A stretch of DNA of 64,000 nt, from the NCBI GenBank assembly GCA_964234715.1, contig OZ174275.1, one strand, 5' to 3'. Within the stretch, counting starts at the first letter, position 1. Every line of letters starts with the position of its first letter. The notes beneath the pieces are model-generated. The model searched no databases and was not told the origin of the DNA. It saw nothing but the letters and a program-made list of their open reading frames with translations. The DNA is from Podarcis melisellensis (taxonomy: Eukaryota). Positions 26,966 to 39,942 of the stretch are shown one piece after another. Made by a program: the position numbers and the translations under genes.

Positions 26966-27480
26966 AAGGGAGCTTGCCTCATACCAAGTCTGACAATTGA
27001 TCTATATAACTCAGTACTGTCAACCTGGGGACGCGGGTGGCGCTGTGGGTTAAACCACAGAGCCTAGGACTTGCCATTCAGAAGGTCAGTGGTTCGAATC
27101 CCCGTGACGGGGTGAGCTCCTGTTGCTCGGTCCCTGCTCTTGCCAACCTAGCAGTTTGAAAGCACGTCAAAGTGCAAGTAGATAAATAGGTACCACTCCA
27201 GTGGGAAGGTAAATGGCGTTTCCGTGCGCTGCTCTGGTTCACCAGAAGCAGCTTAGTCATGCTGGCCACATGACCCGGAAGCTGTACGCCGGCTCCCTCG
27301 GCCATTAAAGCAAGATGAGCGCCACAACCCCAGAGTCTGCCATGACTGGACCTAATGGTAAGGGGTCCCTTTACCATCTACTCTGGCTGACAGTGGCTCT
27401 CTACCATTCCCAGCCCTACCTGGAAATGGTAGGGATTGAGCTTGGGACAATGATCTTCCACTGAGCTACAATTCTTTCTC
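26966..27480 (-). mobile_element. Squam3-like tRNA SINE split by a Sauria SINE insertion
   Basis: 26966-27025 and 27376-27480 join into a copy colinear with 27567-27750. Confidence 0.7.
27028..27375 (+). mobile_element. Full-length Sauria SINE (lacertid POM/Squam1 type)
   Basis: GGGACGCGGGTGGCGCTGTGGGTTAAACC head, B box GGTTCGAATCC, characteristic body and CCCTTTACC tail. Confidence 0.93.
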
Positions 27481-27566
27481 CAACTCAATGTTCTGGTCAC
27501 TGCTAGACCCTGGGGCCATGGCACCCCACTCATCTCCTCTTCATTTCAATGTCCTCTGAGCAATAA

Positions 27567-27750
27567 CACAGGAGGCTGTGAATGAGCCAGGCCATTGGTC
27601 CATCTAGCTCAATATTGTTTACACTAACAGGCAGCAGCTCTTCAAGATGTCAGGTGGAGTCTCTCCCAGTTCCTATCTGGAGACAGCAGGGACTTAAACT
27701 GAGACCTTTTGAATGCAAAGATACCCTGCCACTGAGCTAAGGCTCTTCCC
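27567..27750 (-). mobile_element. Squam3-like tRNA-derived SINE
   Basis: The reverse strand reads GGGAAGAGCCTTAGCTCAGTGG (A box)...GAGCTAGATGGACCAATGG. Confidence 0.75.
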
Positions 27751-28580
27751 ATCTGGTATTTTCTCATTCACCCCTATTGGAACCATGGCCTAGGAATGGG
27801 TATTGCTTTTATTCATGACCGTCATTTTTCCAACTGCTGTGTAAAATCCCTAGAAAATCCCTACATTTTCTGGAAGTCCTCTGTGTATATAGTTAGTTCC
27901 TGGGTCAAGGGGAAGTAATTGAAGAGGGAGCTTGCTGTAGAGGTAAGTGAAAGCAGGAAGCCAGGGTCTCCCTGGCTGGAAAAGAAAAAGCTGTTCATGT
28001 GACCTTTCATCTCAGATAGCTCCCTTTTTCCTCAGCTCATATAAATAGGCACTGCTGGTTGCTATACAACCTTCTGGTTTAGCCACATTGGAATGCTTGC
28101 CATTATGGTTGGACAGAATAATATAAATAGCTATTAGGAGGAAGATGGAATTGGTAATTTTAGGAGGACACTGAAGGCTGAACACCTACCCAGTCACGCA
28201 GTGCAATCCTATATGTCCACCCAGAAATAAGCTCCACTGTGTTCAGTTTTCCAGCTGTATATAGGATTGCTTTATCCTCAAGTACCTGGAGGTGATTTCT
28301 CTGAGGTGGTCAGAAGTGACTGGTGTCACTCCTTGGGACTGTTAGGATGGAAGGCAGGGAGACCAATAGTAAGTGGAGCCAGAGCCAATAAAAGACAGTC
28401 AACTGATTGTAATTTTATCCCTATCCTCCTCACTGCAGATTTCTGGAGGAGAAAGCAGGGTTAGCCAAAGTTGTGTGCCCCTCAGATGTTTTGGACTACA
28501 AAACATCAGCCTCAACCAAAATGGCCATTGGAGAGGGATAGTGAGAGTCCACAACATTCAGGGTTAGCCGGGATTTATTG

Positions 28581-28630
28581 TTGGTGAGCGGACCTGAGGG
28601 AAGCCTGCCTCCCTCAGGTCCGCTCACCAA
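28581..28630. repeat. Perfect 21-bp inverted repeat with an 8-nt loop
   Basis: TTGGTGAGCGGACCTGAGGGA / TCCCTCAGGTCCGCTCACCAA. Confidence 0.97.
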
Positions 28631-28929
28631 GCCATGTCCCCTTGAGGCCACTGCGGATTAGCTCATTTGAATCAGTGGGCTTGACGGGGACCCGTGAGCC
28701 TCTGCAGAGGCCGAGGGGGACGTGCTGCACACAAAATGGACCGTTGCGTCCGGGCAGCAAGGGAGGGAAGGCTGCAACCACCGCTCACCGAGGAGGATCA
28801 GTAAGCAGCCATTATTGGCACAGCTAGCTCTGGTCCAAAACTGTGTTTTGACAGGATTATTCTATTATATGGTGAATTGAAACTCAATTACTCAAATCCT
28901 TTCTTCTGTGCCCTCCCTTTCTTATCCAG

Positions 28930-29082
28930 GTGTCATCATGGGCGCATTGTGTGGGGCACTTCTTCGCATGGCAGCACCTATTAATCCTGATGTCATCATG
29001 TTGATAGCCTTCCCAGGAGATATCCTGATGCGGATGCTAAAAATGTTGATTCTTCCTTTAATTATCTCAAGCTTAATCACAG
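28930..29082 (+). CDS. SLC1A2: SLC1A2 exon 3: [51 protein letters not shown](G)
   Basis: Acceptor cttatccag|GT, donor AG|gtgaga, 153 nt; lies within ORF 28908..29114. Confidence 0.98.
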
Positions 29083-29753
29083 GTGAGATCTGTTCTAAAC
29101 AATTAGAAGGTTAATCTTTTGTGAGAGATTAAGACCTATAGAGTCATGTTCACAGCTTTATACACTCTCATAACAGTGTGTGTGTTCTTCATATTAATGT
29201 ACCGGCATTAGCCTTGAAAATTGTCTCCAAAACACCACTAAGTAACTCCTTGTGCAAGAGGAACAACTTCTGCTTGTGCAACAGGACTTTCTCCTTCCCC
29301 TCACTCTGTGCACTTGCTAAATCTTTTCTGAAGCTCCTCCCAACTCTCCAGAGTTGGAAAAAACTCCAAAGTCCACAGTTGTGTACTACCCTTATTAAGA
29401 TCAATTGAAAGGATTGCAAAATTTTGGCAAGCTTTTGAGTTTGCCAGAACACTTCATCAGGCAAGATGTTACACAAATATGTTACATCTAGACATCAGGG
29501 TTATAAGTCGGGATTTATTTTCTCAAGAAGAGTGAAAGCAGCCATTGATTCTTTATCCCAGAATCTTCAGTGTGTAACCTTATGGATGTAGTACCTAACT
29601 CAGCCTGTGATCTCCATCTTAGAACTGTGCGCAAGCTGACCTCGTGGTTTTAATAGCCAGAGTAATTGTTCTACTTTGTTGTTGTTTTCCTCTTCCCATC
29701 GCTCCCTGCCTGATGTTTTCATATGCGTCCAAACTGCAGAACAACATCTTTAA

Positions 29754-30125
<372 letters not shown>

Positions 30126-30825
30126 TAAATTTAGCTTGTTTTATACTTATCAGTACAAAATAACAAATATCAGTGCTTCTACTGAGTTCCTCATTCTTTG
30201 CACTGTTCAGTTTGCATTGTAGTTTATTTTAGTGCTTCATTCTTGATAAAAACATTCTTCAGTTTTTTCTTTACTACTCCATATAGCTTCAGAATTTATT
30301 TTTGTTTCCCTGCAGCTTTAAAAGTCTGTCTTTTGTGTGGAAGGAGAGGAGAAGCACAGAAATACTTTTGATTTCCATGCCATTTGCCGAGCTTTTCAAT
30401 TAAAGATTTTCCGTCAATGAACATGCGCTCTGAACTAATTTGCCTGGTTTTAATTAAAGTCAGTTAAGCTTAATATGATTAGCTTTGATTGGATCCAGAC
30501 CTGCCCTATCACTAGGCAGAGTGAGGCAGCCAGTTCTGAGCATTGTGGAAGGGCAGCATACTGCTAATGATCTAATTTATTATTATTGTGTTTGTATTGC
30601 CAGACTGGAGGTGAAGTGTTTGTGAGGGGTTTTTTCTGCCTTAGGTAACTAAATAACTTCACAGGTCTGGTGTACTTGGAGGGCAGGCAGGCCCAGTTGC
30701 TTCCCGGGCAGCAAAATGTCTTGGGCCGTACATATCTGACCAGAGCATGCTTTATATCTTACTCCACACAGACATTTGTTTTTCATATATTTCGGTTAAC
30801 AGGGCTGAGAATACAGTATATTCTT

Positions 30826-31430
30826 ATTTTTTTATTATTTTTTTAAAAAATAATAATTTCATTTATAAAGAAATAAAGTGATAGGAGAAAAAGAAAAGAA
30901 GGGTTTGGAAAATAAAACTGCAGAAAGTACAGTGTAATACAATTAGTATAATCAATTACATTTCCACATATTGGTATATAGATATAAACAATATTATTAT
31001 CTTACTACATATGTGGTTATTAATAGCCTACTGCATTCTGTATAAACTCATAACAAATGTCAATATGTTCATCCAGACAAAGCCTGTGTCTATAAGCAAT
31101 CCGTTCATAAGTTGTGAGTGTTGTCAGGTTGTCAATCCATTGATTAAAAGGGATCATATCTTTATTCTTCCAGTTCATCACTATCAGTCTCTTAGCCAGC
31201 ATTAGGGCACATGGAATCCATTTTTGTTGTCCCATTCTCTGCTTCCATGTAATAGGAATATAATTTAAAAGAATGGTCTCTGAATTTTTTTAACTTTTTC
31301 CGTACAATCATATTTATATAGTCCAGCACTTTCTCCCAGAAGTTAGTAATTATAGAACACTGTAAAGACATAAAGAGGCATTATCCTTATTTCATCTCCA
31401 GCAAATAACTACTTTAGGGCTGGGGATATA
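30826..31430 (-). mobile_element. L1-clade LINE 3' end (ORF2 C-terminus, 3'UTR, A-rich tail)
   Basis: The minus strand encodes decayed CWR*...NFWEKV followed by ALMLAKRLIVMNWK...FNQWIDNL...YERIAY, typical of non-mammalian L1 ORF2 ends; T-rich tract at 30826-30844. Confidence 0.75.
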
Positions 31431-32220
31431 TTAAAATTATTCGTACAGAAATATCTGTAAAATCTGATGCATTGAAGGCTGTTTCTATTCTTCAGCACAT
31501 TGCTTAGAGAATACAATGCCACCGTGGCCACTGTTGCACGGGGGGAAACAATTTGATGTCTGGAAGAAAAGTGCCCAAGCAGTCAAAAGTTCTTGGCACT
31601 GAGCAAACCTATGGTGGGTGTATTCACCTACTTAGGGCTGAGGCATGTCACAGGGTGATTGCTGGGGAGGGAAGGAAGTTTTTCCTGCAGTTGCCTATTC
31701 TACTCTTACTAAGTAGATAAACATTTCAGGCTGTAGTCATATTTCATCAGAAAAGTATATTAAGATGATTTTTTTAAAGGTGTTATGAATGTTAGCCATG
31801 TTGTTCATGCTTTCAGCTCTACGCACATGTATGAGCAGCCTTTTTCCTGAAGCTAAATTATTTGACAGTTACACAGACTTTTTTTTTATGATCCAAGCAA
31901 GATCCACTGCCAAACCTTTGCTAAGTATGCCTGAATGGCACCATTTAAAGGATTTTAAGTGCTATGTTATCTGAGGTTGTAGCTCTAGGCTGTACCGTGT
32001 GGGTGGGGAGCAAAGGAAGGACAGGACCACATAGGGAGACAGATGCAAACTGCTGCAGAACTAAGCTAGCTGCATTTTCCCTCTCTCTTACCTTGCACCC
32101 AAGAGCACCTAAAAGCCCGGTCCTAAACTATGTTTACCAAGAAGTAAAGTTAACAGATTATAGTGGGGCTACCTTCCATGTAAACGTGCTTAGAATTGTA
32201 ATCAAATCTGAGTAGCTTTA

Positions 32221-32740
32221 AAGGGCATGTTTATTCGATATACCATCAAAAGAAGAGTCAAATATGTAGAGGCAGTACGTTCCCAAAATTAGAACAGCAT
32301 GCATTAAACGCTGAAATGAACTCTTCCCTTCCAGCTAATTGTATTTTACTGAAAGTGATAACTGGGCCCCTCGATGGGTAGAAAGCTGAGGAATGGGATA
32401 GTGGGCTGAAAGGGGAGCAAGTAGCTAACTTACATTAGCCCCATCAGTCCTTTTATCACCCTCCCGGTGCTTATAATATTGAAAGACATGTTTATTCACG
32501 GTATCATCAAAAGGAGAGTCACATGGGTAGACAGTGTGTTCCAAAAAGGAGAACAATGTGTGTTCTGTTGCGCTGGTCTCTCCCTTTCCAGTTAATTGTG
32601 CTTGAGACGATGTGGGAATCGCCCCCTTGACTGGTAGAAAGCTGAAAGACTGGCTAAATGGGCTGACTGGGAAGCAAGCTACTAACTTCTTATATTGGCA
32701 CTCTCACTCCTTTTATAAATCTCAGGGCGATTGTAATGTT
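32221..32740 (+). repeat. Old tandem duplication, two ~261-bp units
   Basis: catgtttattc at 32226 and 32487; colinear catcaaaag, ttccag.taattgt, ggtagaaagctga, gggctga, agcaag and tccttttat. Confidence 0.85.
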
Positions 32741-32841
32741 AATGTCTTCTGGCAAGCAGCTCCTTTCAATTACTTCACTATTTTTTGGAGCTTTCTTTGT
32801 TCGTCGACAGTCACTTCGGTCAAGTATTTGTTAAGGTTAAG

Positions 32842-32917
32842 ATGGATAGCTCAGCTGGTTAAGCACGACACTCTTAGTCTCAAGGTCGTGGGCGTGAGCC
32901 CCATGTTGGGCAAAAGA
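32842..32917 (+). mobile_element. tRNA-Lys(CTT)-derived SINE head / tRNA pseudogene
   Basis: tagctcagctggttaagcacgacactcttagtctcaaggtcgtgggcgtgagccccatgttgggc is colinear with tRNA-Lys-CTT, but the B box is mutated; followed by aaaaga, as in the 53574 copy. Confidence 0.8.
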
Positions 32918-33107
32918 CCACAGTCATGGACCTAGCTTAGACATGTTTATTAATGTCAATGGGTCTACTCAGAGTAAAAGCTAGCAGAATACTACTCCCT
33001 GCCCACACTGTGTGTCAGCCACGATCTACAGAAGTGGGGAAAGACAGGCTTGGCCTCGGATCCAGGTTCTGTCATGTGGTGGCATTGGTTGTGATTGCTG
33101 CAGCAGC

Positions 33108-33360
33108 CAGGGGCGTTCTGAGGCGGGGGCAGCATGCCCCGGGTGTCATTCCAAAGGGGGGGGGAGACAAAATGCTGACCTCTGGTTGGCAGCACCTCCC
33201 AGGGCATGCACCGCTCACCGCACGCCCCCCAGGCGTGCACCACGCCCCCCGGGCAGCTCACCACACCCCTGGGACGTGCACCGTGCCTCCCACGGGTGGT
33301 GTGCCATGCCCCCTGGGACGAGCGCCGATCCGGGTACCAGAGCAGGTTGCTCCGCCTCTG
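33108..33360 (-). mobile_element. GC-rich non-autonomous hAT element with an 8-bp TSD
   Basis: CAGGGGCG...CGCCTCTG ends; TSD GCAGCAGC/GCGGCAGC. Confidence 0.8.
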
Positions 33361-34669
33361 GCGGCAGCTGTAGACTGGCACAACTACCTGTTTCCCCAGC
33401 TCCACCTCCAGCCTGCATGCTTGGCTGGGCTCTGGATAGGATGGTTGTCACAGCCCCTTCTATTGGGTTGTGTCTGTGGTAAGGGTTAGAGTTGAGCCGT
33501 TAGCTTTCATTGGCGTTTACTCGCAGGTCAGCATGTTTGCAGCCCTAAGCAAGTGGCAGCCCAACAAATAATATTTGCATTTTGACCCCTTTTTAACTCC
33601 AGAATTTTACTTATTAAAATAAAAGAATCCCTTGCTGTACGTACCATCTTATGAACCTTCTTAAGACAGACATTAGGCCAAATGGCTAAATTTCTTTCTT
33701 CTGGGCCTATGAATTTGCCAATCTATACAACCATGTTTCCTGTTTTATCTGATCATGTATACAATTTTACCTGTACATAAGGAAAAGGCTTATTGGATCC
33801 TTTCTAGGAAAGATGTTAGATTCAGCTTGGTGGCCAACAGAGGCCCATCATGTGCACTCTTACTGCCAGTCTACACAATAGCTTAGTATTCATAGTGGTG
33901 GCTGCAGAATCCTGGAGTACTTTCTAGGGTCCCTCAACAAGAAAAACAACTTCCTTGCCTTATCAGTTCACCTGCAGGGACAGTGATGTACAACAGGCTC
34001 AGTATTCTGTATGAACTGAGTGTCACCCTTGAACTCTTCCAAGAATCCTGTGTCAGCACTAAACCCTCCTTGAAGCTCAAAAAGTTGAGAATTGTGGTTT
34101 TAGAAAAATCCAAGAATAACAGTACTTGTCTCCTGCAGGTAGACATACCTGTCAACAGTGGCAGCCAGTGAGGTCGTTTGTTAGAGGGGGAAATACTATT
34201 GCTGTGGTTGCAAAGCAGTAGAGGGAGAAAGGGAATTTCCACTTTCACCTTTTGGCACCAGGAACTGGAGGTAGGGATTGGTCTGGGCCCTAGACATTTG
34301 GTTGCCTGAGGGAACTGGAAATGCACTGGCAAGCTGGGTTACATAATATCCATTATTAAGATATTTTGACATGTGAGACTGAATATTCTACAAGCATCTC
34401 TCCCTTTCTGACTGCAGAAATACAATAAAAAAATGAAATAGCTAACCACTTGTTGCCATTTCATGAGGGACAGGTGTTTACTCTGTCTAATGTTAGGGCC
34501 AGATGGTGCAATTTCTGAATGGATAATTCCTCAGATTTGAGTTCAGGGTGCTGACATCAGCAGGGGTAACTCCAGTCTTCAACTCTGCACTTGCATATGA
34601 CTGACAGTGGGACTTCCCACCTCCTCTGGTGCCTAATGGTAAGGCTCTAGCACAACTTTTAATTTTATA

Positions 34670-34895
34670 CACTGGTACCTCTGGTTACGAACTTAATTCG
34701 TTCTGGAGGTCCGTTCTTAACCTGAAACCGTTCTTAACCTGAGCTACCATTTTAGCTAATGGGACCTCCTGCTGCCGCCACACCGCCGCTGCATGATTTC
34801 TGTTCTCATCCTGAGGTAAAGTTCTGAACCCGAGGTACTACTTCTGGGATAGCGGAGTCTGTAACCCGAGGTGTTTGTAACCCGAGGTACCACTG
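34670..34895 (-). mobile_element. Tigger/pogo-like MITE, copy 3 (inverted)
   Basis: TA-flanked; reverse complement of copies 1 and 2. Confidence 0.88.
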
Positions 34896-35128
34896 TACTT
34901 TGCAAGAGTTAAACTTTGCACTCGCCATCTGTTGGATCCCACACATTGTGGTAGTAGTAATAGTGATCATAATCATAACCATAATCATAATATACAGCCT
35001 TCTATTTCAAGAATAAATGTTTTCCAAATAGGCTTACAGGGAACTCAACAGAAGCCCTTGTCTCAATGATTTTCATCACCTGCCTAGCATAGGTACTGGG
35101 TAAACAGTTAAATGGCAATGCACCTCTA

Positions 35129-35184
35129 GGGGAAGGGCTGTAGCTGAGTGTTAGAACTTTGCCTTCAAAGGGTCCCAGGTTCAA
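35129..35184 (+). mobile_element. Squam3-like SINE head fragment
   Basis: gggaagggctgtagctgagtg...ggtcccaggttcaa. Confidence 0.55.
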
Positions 35185-38154
35185 GGGCAGGAATTTACCT
35201 TTTCCTCTCTTCCCACATGATTTCTGTTAGCAGTTTTACCTAGCAAGCCACTTTATCAGCTGCTTCAGCTTTTGAAAATTCAACAGGGTGAGTTTGACTC
35301 ATTCCTAAGGACTTGATGTCTGTGGCCCTTTGCCCCAGGATAATTGGAGAAAAGACTAGTGGGTATGGTTTTGTAATCTTGGCCTTTATTCAAGTCATCT
35401 CCCTAAAGTCAAGATAGTAAGAAACTGCGATACTTGAAGGGTGAGCAATGAATGTCAACTTACTACGGTGTTTAATTCTAAACTATGCGTCTCCCGCTTA
35501 ATTGGCAAACAAAGGGAATAGTTAAGTAATTAGCAGTTAACTACTTGAAAATTAAAGTCCTGCTAGACCTTCCTACAAGACCTTGAAGCTGAACTATTTA
35601 GCAGCTCCAGTATAGGAAATATCTTCATCCACAAACAGACAAATCTGCACAGCTTGCAAGAGTTTTCAGAGTGCCTTAATTTGCTTTGAACTAGCACTTT
35701 CTTCCATTTCCTGTGACTTTAACAGGTGCAAGTTAATTAGAAATTCAGGAGATACATTTCCCATCCCCAAATACACAGCAAGAGAAATTTGAGGCTGGGC
35801 TTTTTTATTCCAGAAAGATCAAAATATCTCCATGTCCTGCTTGTTTGTGGACTTCCTGTAGGCATCTGGTTGGCTGATGTGAGAACACGATATGGGACAT
35901 GGGACCGAGGACTCTTGTTTTGATCCAGCAGGGCTCTTCGTATGGTACTGAGTCCAATAAGTAATTTAACATTTTGTCTACTTTTGTCCAGAGTATCAAA
36001 TGGAAGGGACTGGTTGACGAGGAGACGAACTAGAGCGCCCTGTATCTAATACAAATTAATGGAATTTCAAGCTGCGTATCAAAGCCTTAGTGTTGTTAAG
36101 AGAAGTTTAAGACAAGGCCCTGTATTGTAGTTACAGGGGAGGAAAGCCTAACTTGTGTTGACTCCCAGACATTTTTGCACATTCTGGGACATTGGTATGC
36201 ACTTGTAGCCGCTGAATTTTTATTATGGTTCCTGTCAGTATACCAGGAATTAAAACCAGCCTGCACTGGGCATGCATGACTGACTCAGCGCGTACTAGAA
36301 CAGGTGGAAGTCAGTGTGACCAAAGCTTTTCCCACAGCTGCATACAGTGCCTTAGTGATGAGAATAAATCCTGATATGACAGTCCCTGATAACGACAGGC
36401 CTGGTCTCACCAAGGCTGCCAAAACTTCATAATTTTGCTTTGTTTCCAAGAAGGTCTTCCTTCAGTTGCAGGAAATTCTCCTGTTCTCAGAACCTTTGTA
36501 ATGTTTTAAAGATGACAGAATTCTCAAGATAATAATCAACTCCATGAAAATATGTAGGAATTTTGGCTTGCTTAAGAGCTTCTGCTTTTGCTCGCTGCAT
36601 TTCAAAGCCACACATTTCCGCAGGGTGCTCAAGCACATTTTTTTAGATTATTAATAAGATGTGAATGTAGTAAAATGGTTAGCGTAATCTGCATTGTTCC
36701 CTTAATCATTCATGATGCCGCTATGACTGGCAGCTTAGCAGAAAGAACAAATATAACTGTTGGCTGATTTTGCTAACTTTGCTATCTGACTAAATTGTCT
36801 GGTGAATTAACTCTTCCCCTTTTATTGAGCAAACTGCATGGGTGATTTCAACAAGACAAAATCAACTTTGCCCAGACGCTTTAGGAAGTACCTCCTGCAG
36901 ACTTGAATGCCTTGCATTCCCACTGCATATTAAGAAGGGCACACAGCATTTTTTAATGAATGGTAACCTATTTTTGAATATACACTAGATTTAGAAATTC
37001 TGCCTCTGTTCCATTGCCAGCTAGACCTTTCAAGTCATTCTTTGAATGGACTTCGTAGATTATGGCTTGTATAAAATAATGTTGTCTGTTTGCACAAAGA
37101 CACCTGTTTGCTCAATGAAACTTTCCCTTCCTCTCCTCTCCCTATGTGCCCCCCCCTAAATATGTTCTGGAAGCTTGGGGGGAAACTCTGAACAGATTTT
37201 GGGGAGCTCAGAGGGATGACAGGCATGGGAGATACCATCGTACATGTGCGTATCCTTGTGCGAATGGGATTACTTTCTTTGATACAACCCAAACTATTTA
37301 TCCACTTCTCACAGAAATGATAGATAAAAATATTAGTACATGCAAAGATGAAAATAAACATTGTGGGAGTCTTTGTACCTGCATTTGGATTTGTTCCCAT
37401 ATAATTCCCTCCTGATTTGGGTAGAGTTATTGCTTTATTATAGTGATGTTTCCCCAAGGGTGGTTTTTAGGAAGGATCAGAGATGTCTTGTGTTGTTGTA
37501 CTTTCTAATGGCAGAGTTGGATTTGTGTCTCAGTCCACAGACCTTAGCACAGAGCAGCCAGGTACATACACAAAACTGGCAATGTCCAGGGCTCCCCAAA
37601 CCACAAGAGCCCTGAATGACCACCCAGAGAGCAGCAGATGATGGAGGCAGTAGCAGACAGGCCCTGCATCATTCTGGGACCAACATCTCGGCCAACAAGG
37701 GCATGCTGGGACTGTCACTCACCACCACCACAGCATCCTTTCCTTCTTTTATTTAACATCCTTTTATAGTTAGGCAGCAGCCAAGCATGTCCATGGTTAC
37801 AGATGCTCATGTTATTTTTACTTTAAATAGATATTATTCTTTGTCTACAACAAAATGGTGCTGAATCTCGAGTTTATCATCAGGGCAGCCGAAGCACAGT
37901 ACATTTTCTTTCTGTAGTCATGATGATGCTAATTAAATGAGTTCTTTAAAATGGGAAACGGCACATGTTCAAAGTACTTATTTTTTATTAGGGCTGGCAA
38001 ACTGCTTTTTGTTTAATTTTTGCTCTAACATAACAAGGATACAAAAGCTCTTGTAAAGCATGGAATGGAGATGGGGGAAGAAGCAAATGGTGTAATTGTG
38101 TACTGCAGTAACATAGAGCTATGTAAATGTGTTTGTGCAAGGTTGCTAAATTTA

Positions 38155-38616
38155 CCGTATTTTTCGCCCCATAGGATGCACCGCCCCATAGGACGCACCT
38201 AGATTTTTTGGGCGGGAAATAAAGAAAAAAAATTATTTCCCCCCCAGGCCCAAGCTTCCTCAGCCCCCAGAACAGGCTGCTGCCTGCAAGCCTTGCGAGC
38301 CCGGCGGCACCTCCCGCCGGGCACGCGAGGCTTGCGGACATCTGCCCAAAGCACAGGGCGTGCTCCGCAGCATGCCCCATGCTTCGGGATGCAGGCTGCC
38401 ACCCCAAGCCTTGCGCGCCTGGTGGGACCTCCCGCGGGGTGCGCAAGGCTTGCGGATATCTTCCTGAAGCCTGGAGAGCAAGAGGGGTCGGTGTGCACAG
38501 ACGCCTCTCGCTCTCCAGGCTTCAGCAAAAGCCTGCATTCGCCCCATAAGACGCACACACATTTCCCCTTCATTTTTGGAGGAGGAAAAGTGTGTCCTAT
38601 AGGGCGAAAAATACGG
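38155..38616. mobile_element. Tc2/pogo-like MITE with three internal hairpins
   Basis: TA|CCGTATTTTTCGCCC...GGGCGAAAAATACGG|TA, TIRs of about 27 bp; CpG-rich, so probably young. Confidence 0.9.
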
Positions 38617-38755
38617 TACCTAGTTGCACTGGTGATTTGCAAGGGCAGGTGCCAGAAGAAGCTTAGAAGGGGGATTTCAGGCTCAGAGTTTGCACTGCTT
38701 ATGTAGCAGGCAACTTTACACCTGAATTTGCAGCCCTGTATTTTGATTCTTTCAG

Positions 38756-38918
38756 ATTCAAACGGTCACCAAGAAAGTGCTTGTCCCTCAAGAGATCGAT
38801 GAACCAGCCAATGCAACAGACTCCATCTTTGACATGTTGAATGAAACAGAAGTGACACCAGAACCTCAGCTAATCATTAAGAAAGGCCTCGAATTTAAGG
38901 ATGGCATGAATGTCTTAG
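38756..38918 (+). CDS. SLC1A2: SLC1A2 exon 5 (glycosylated extracellular loop): [54 protein letters not shown](G)
   Basis: Acceptor ttctttcag|ATT, donor AG|gtatgg, 163 nt; NAT and NET sequons present. Confidence 0.97.
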
Positions 38919-39792
38919 GTATGGAAACACTTTTAGTGTATGTGTGCTTCACAGTTATTATTGTAGCAATATTGTGCATTGTTTTGAATATATTGCTATC
39001 TTGTCATAACCCACCCTGGGACCTTAAGGTAAGAACGCTAACTAAATGATTAAATGTTTTATTTCATTCATATTATATATGCTGTAAAATGCCTTCAGAC
39101 TTTTTAATTTAAAATATATGTAAAGCAATATTCAAGTCCAATAAATCATATCACATATCCTTTACATATTCATTTTTGCATATCCTCCTCTGTTTATCTG
39201 TATGGTGGCAGGAGAATCCAAATCTGTTCAGGAAAATAGAACTGCCAATCATTGAACATTTACACACATATACAGATGAATGGCTATCCATCTACAAGCA
39301 GCATATGTTTATATCATTTGGTCATCGTGGCAATCTTTTATATTATGATAGATTTGTTAGGAGATAAAATAAGAACAGTACATGCCTGAGTTTTCCTAGG
39401 AACACTGTTCTTCCTAGCATGGGGCAGGACTGATGGGAGTTATAGGCCAAAACACCTGAAGAGACCAAGTCAGGTTAACAGGTTACAGCAAGATATTAAT
39501 AGCAGTGGGTTGTATCACACTTGTGCAAGGGAAATTTGCCATTATCTTTTCCCCACTCTGTTCCTTGTGCCCCCCCCCAAAGCTTCTCCTGAGAGTAGAG
39601 GAACACTTAGGGCCCATCCAGACCGGAGTTTTACTGGGGGTGTATTCTGCAACATGTTCATGACACAAAAATAGCCTGAGCTGACTTGAAGCCTGATTTA
39701 GTAAGATTTGCTTGTTTGTTTGTTTATATTTTAATTAATAAGATTGCAGGAGTGTGGGTGCTTCATTTTGACAGAGCCTCAGTAGCGTTTAA

Positions 39793-39942
<150 letters not shown>

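Noticed and set aside
32842-32917. Functional tRNA-Lys gene
   Set aside because: The T-loop/B box is destroyed (gggcgtgag), the acceptor stem is broken, and it continues into SINE-like sequence.
32953-33489. Overlapping GC-rich ORFs (also at 23764-24256 and 37988-38706)
   Set aside because: They coincide with TSD-flanked non-autonomous transposons; stop codons are rare because of GC content.
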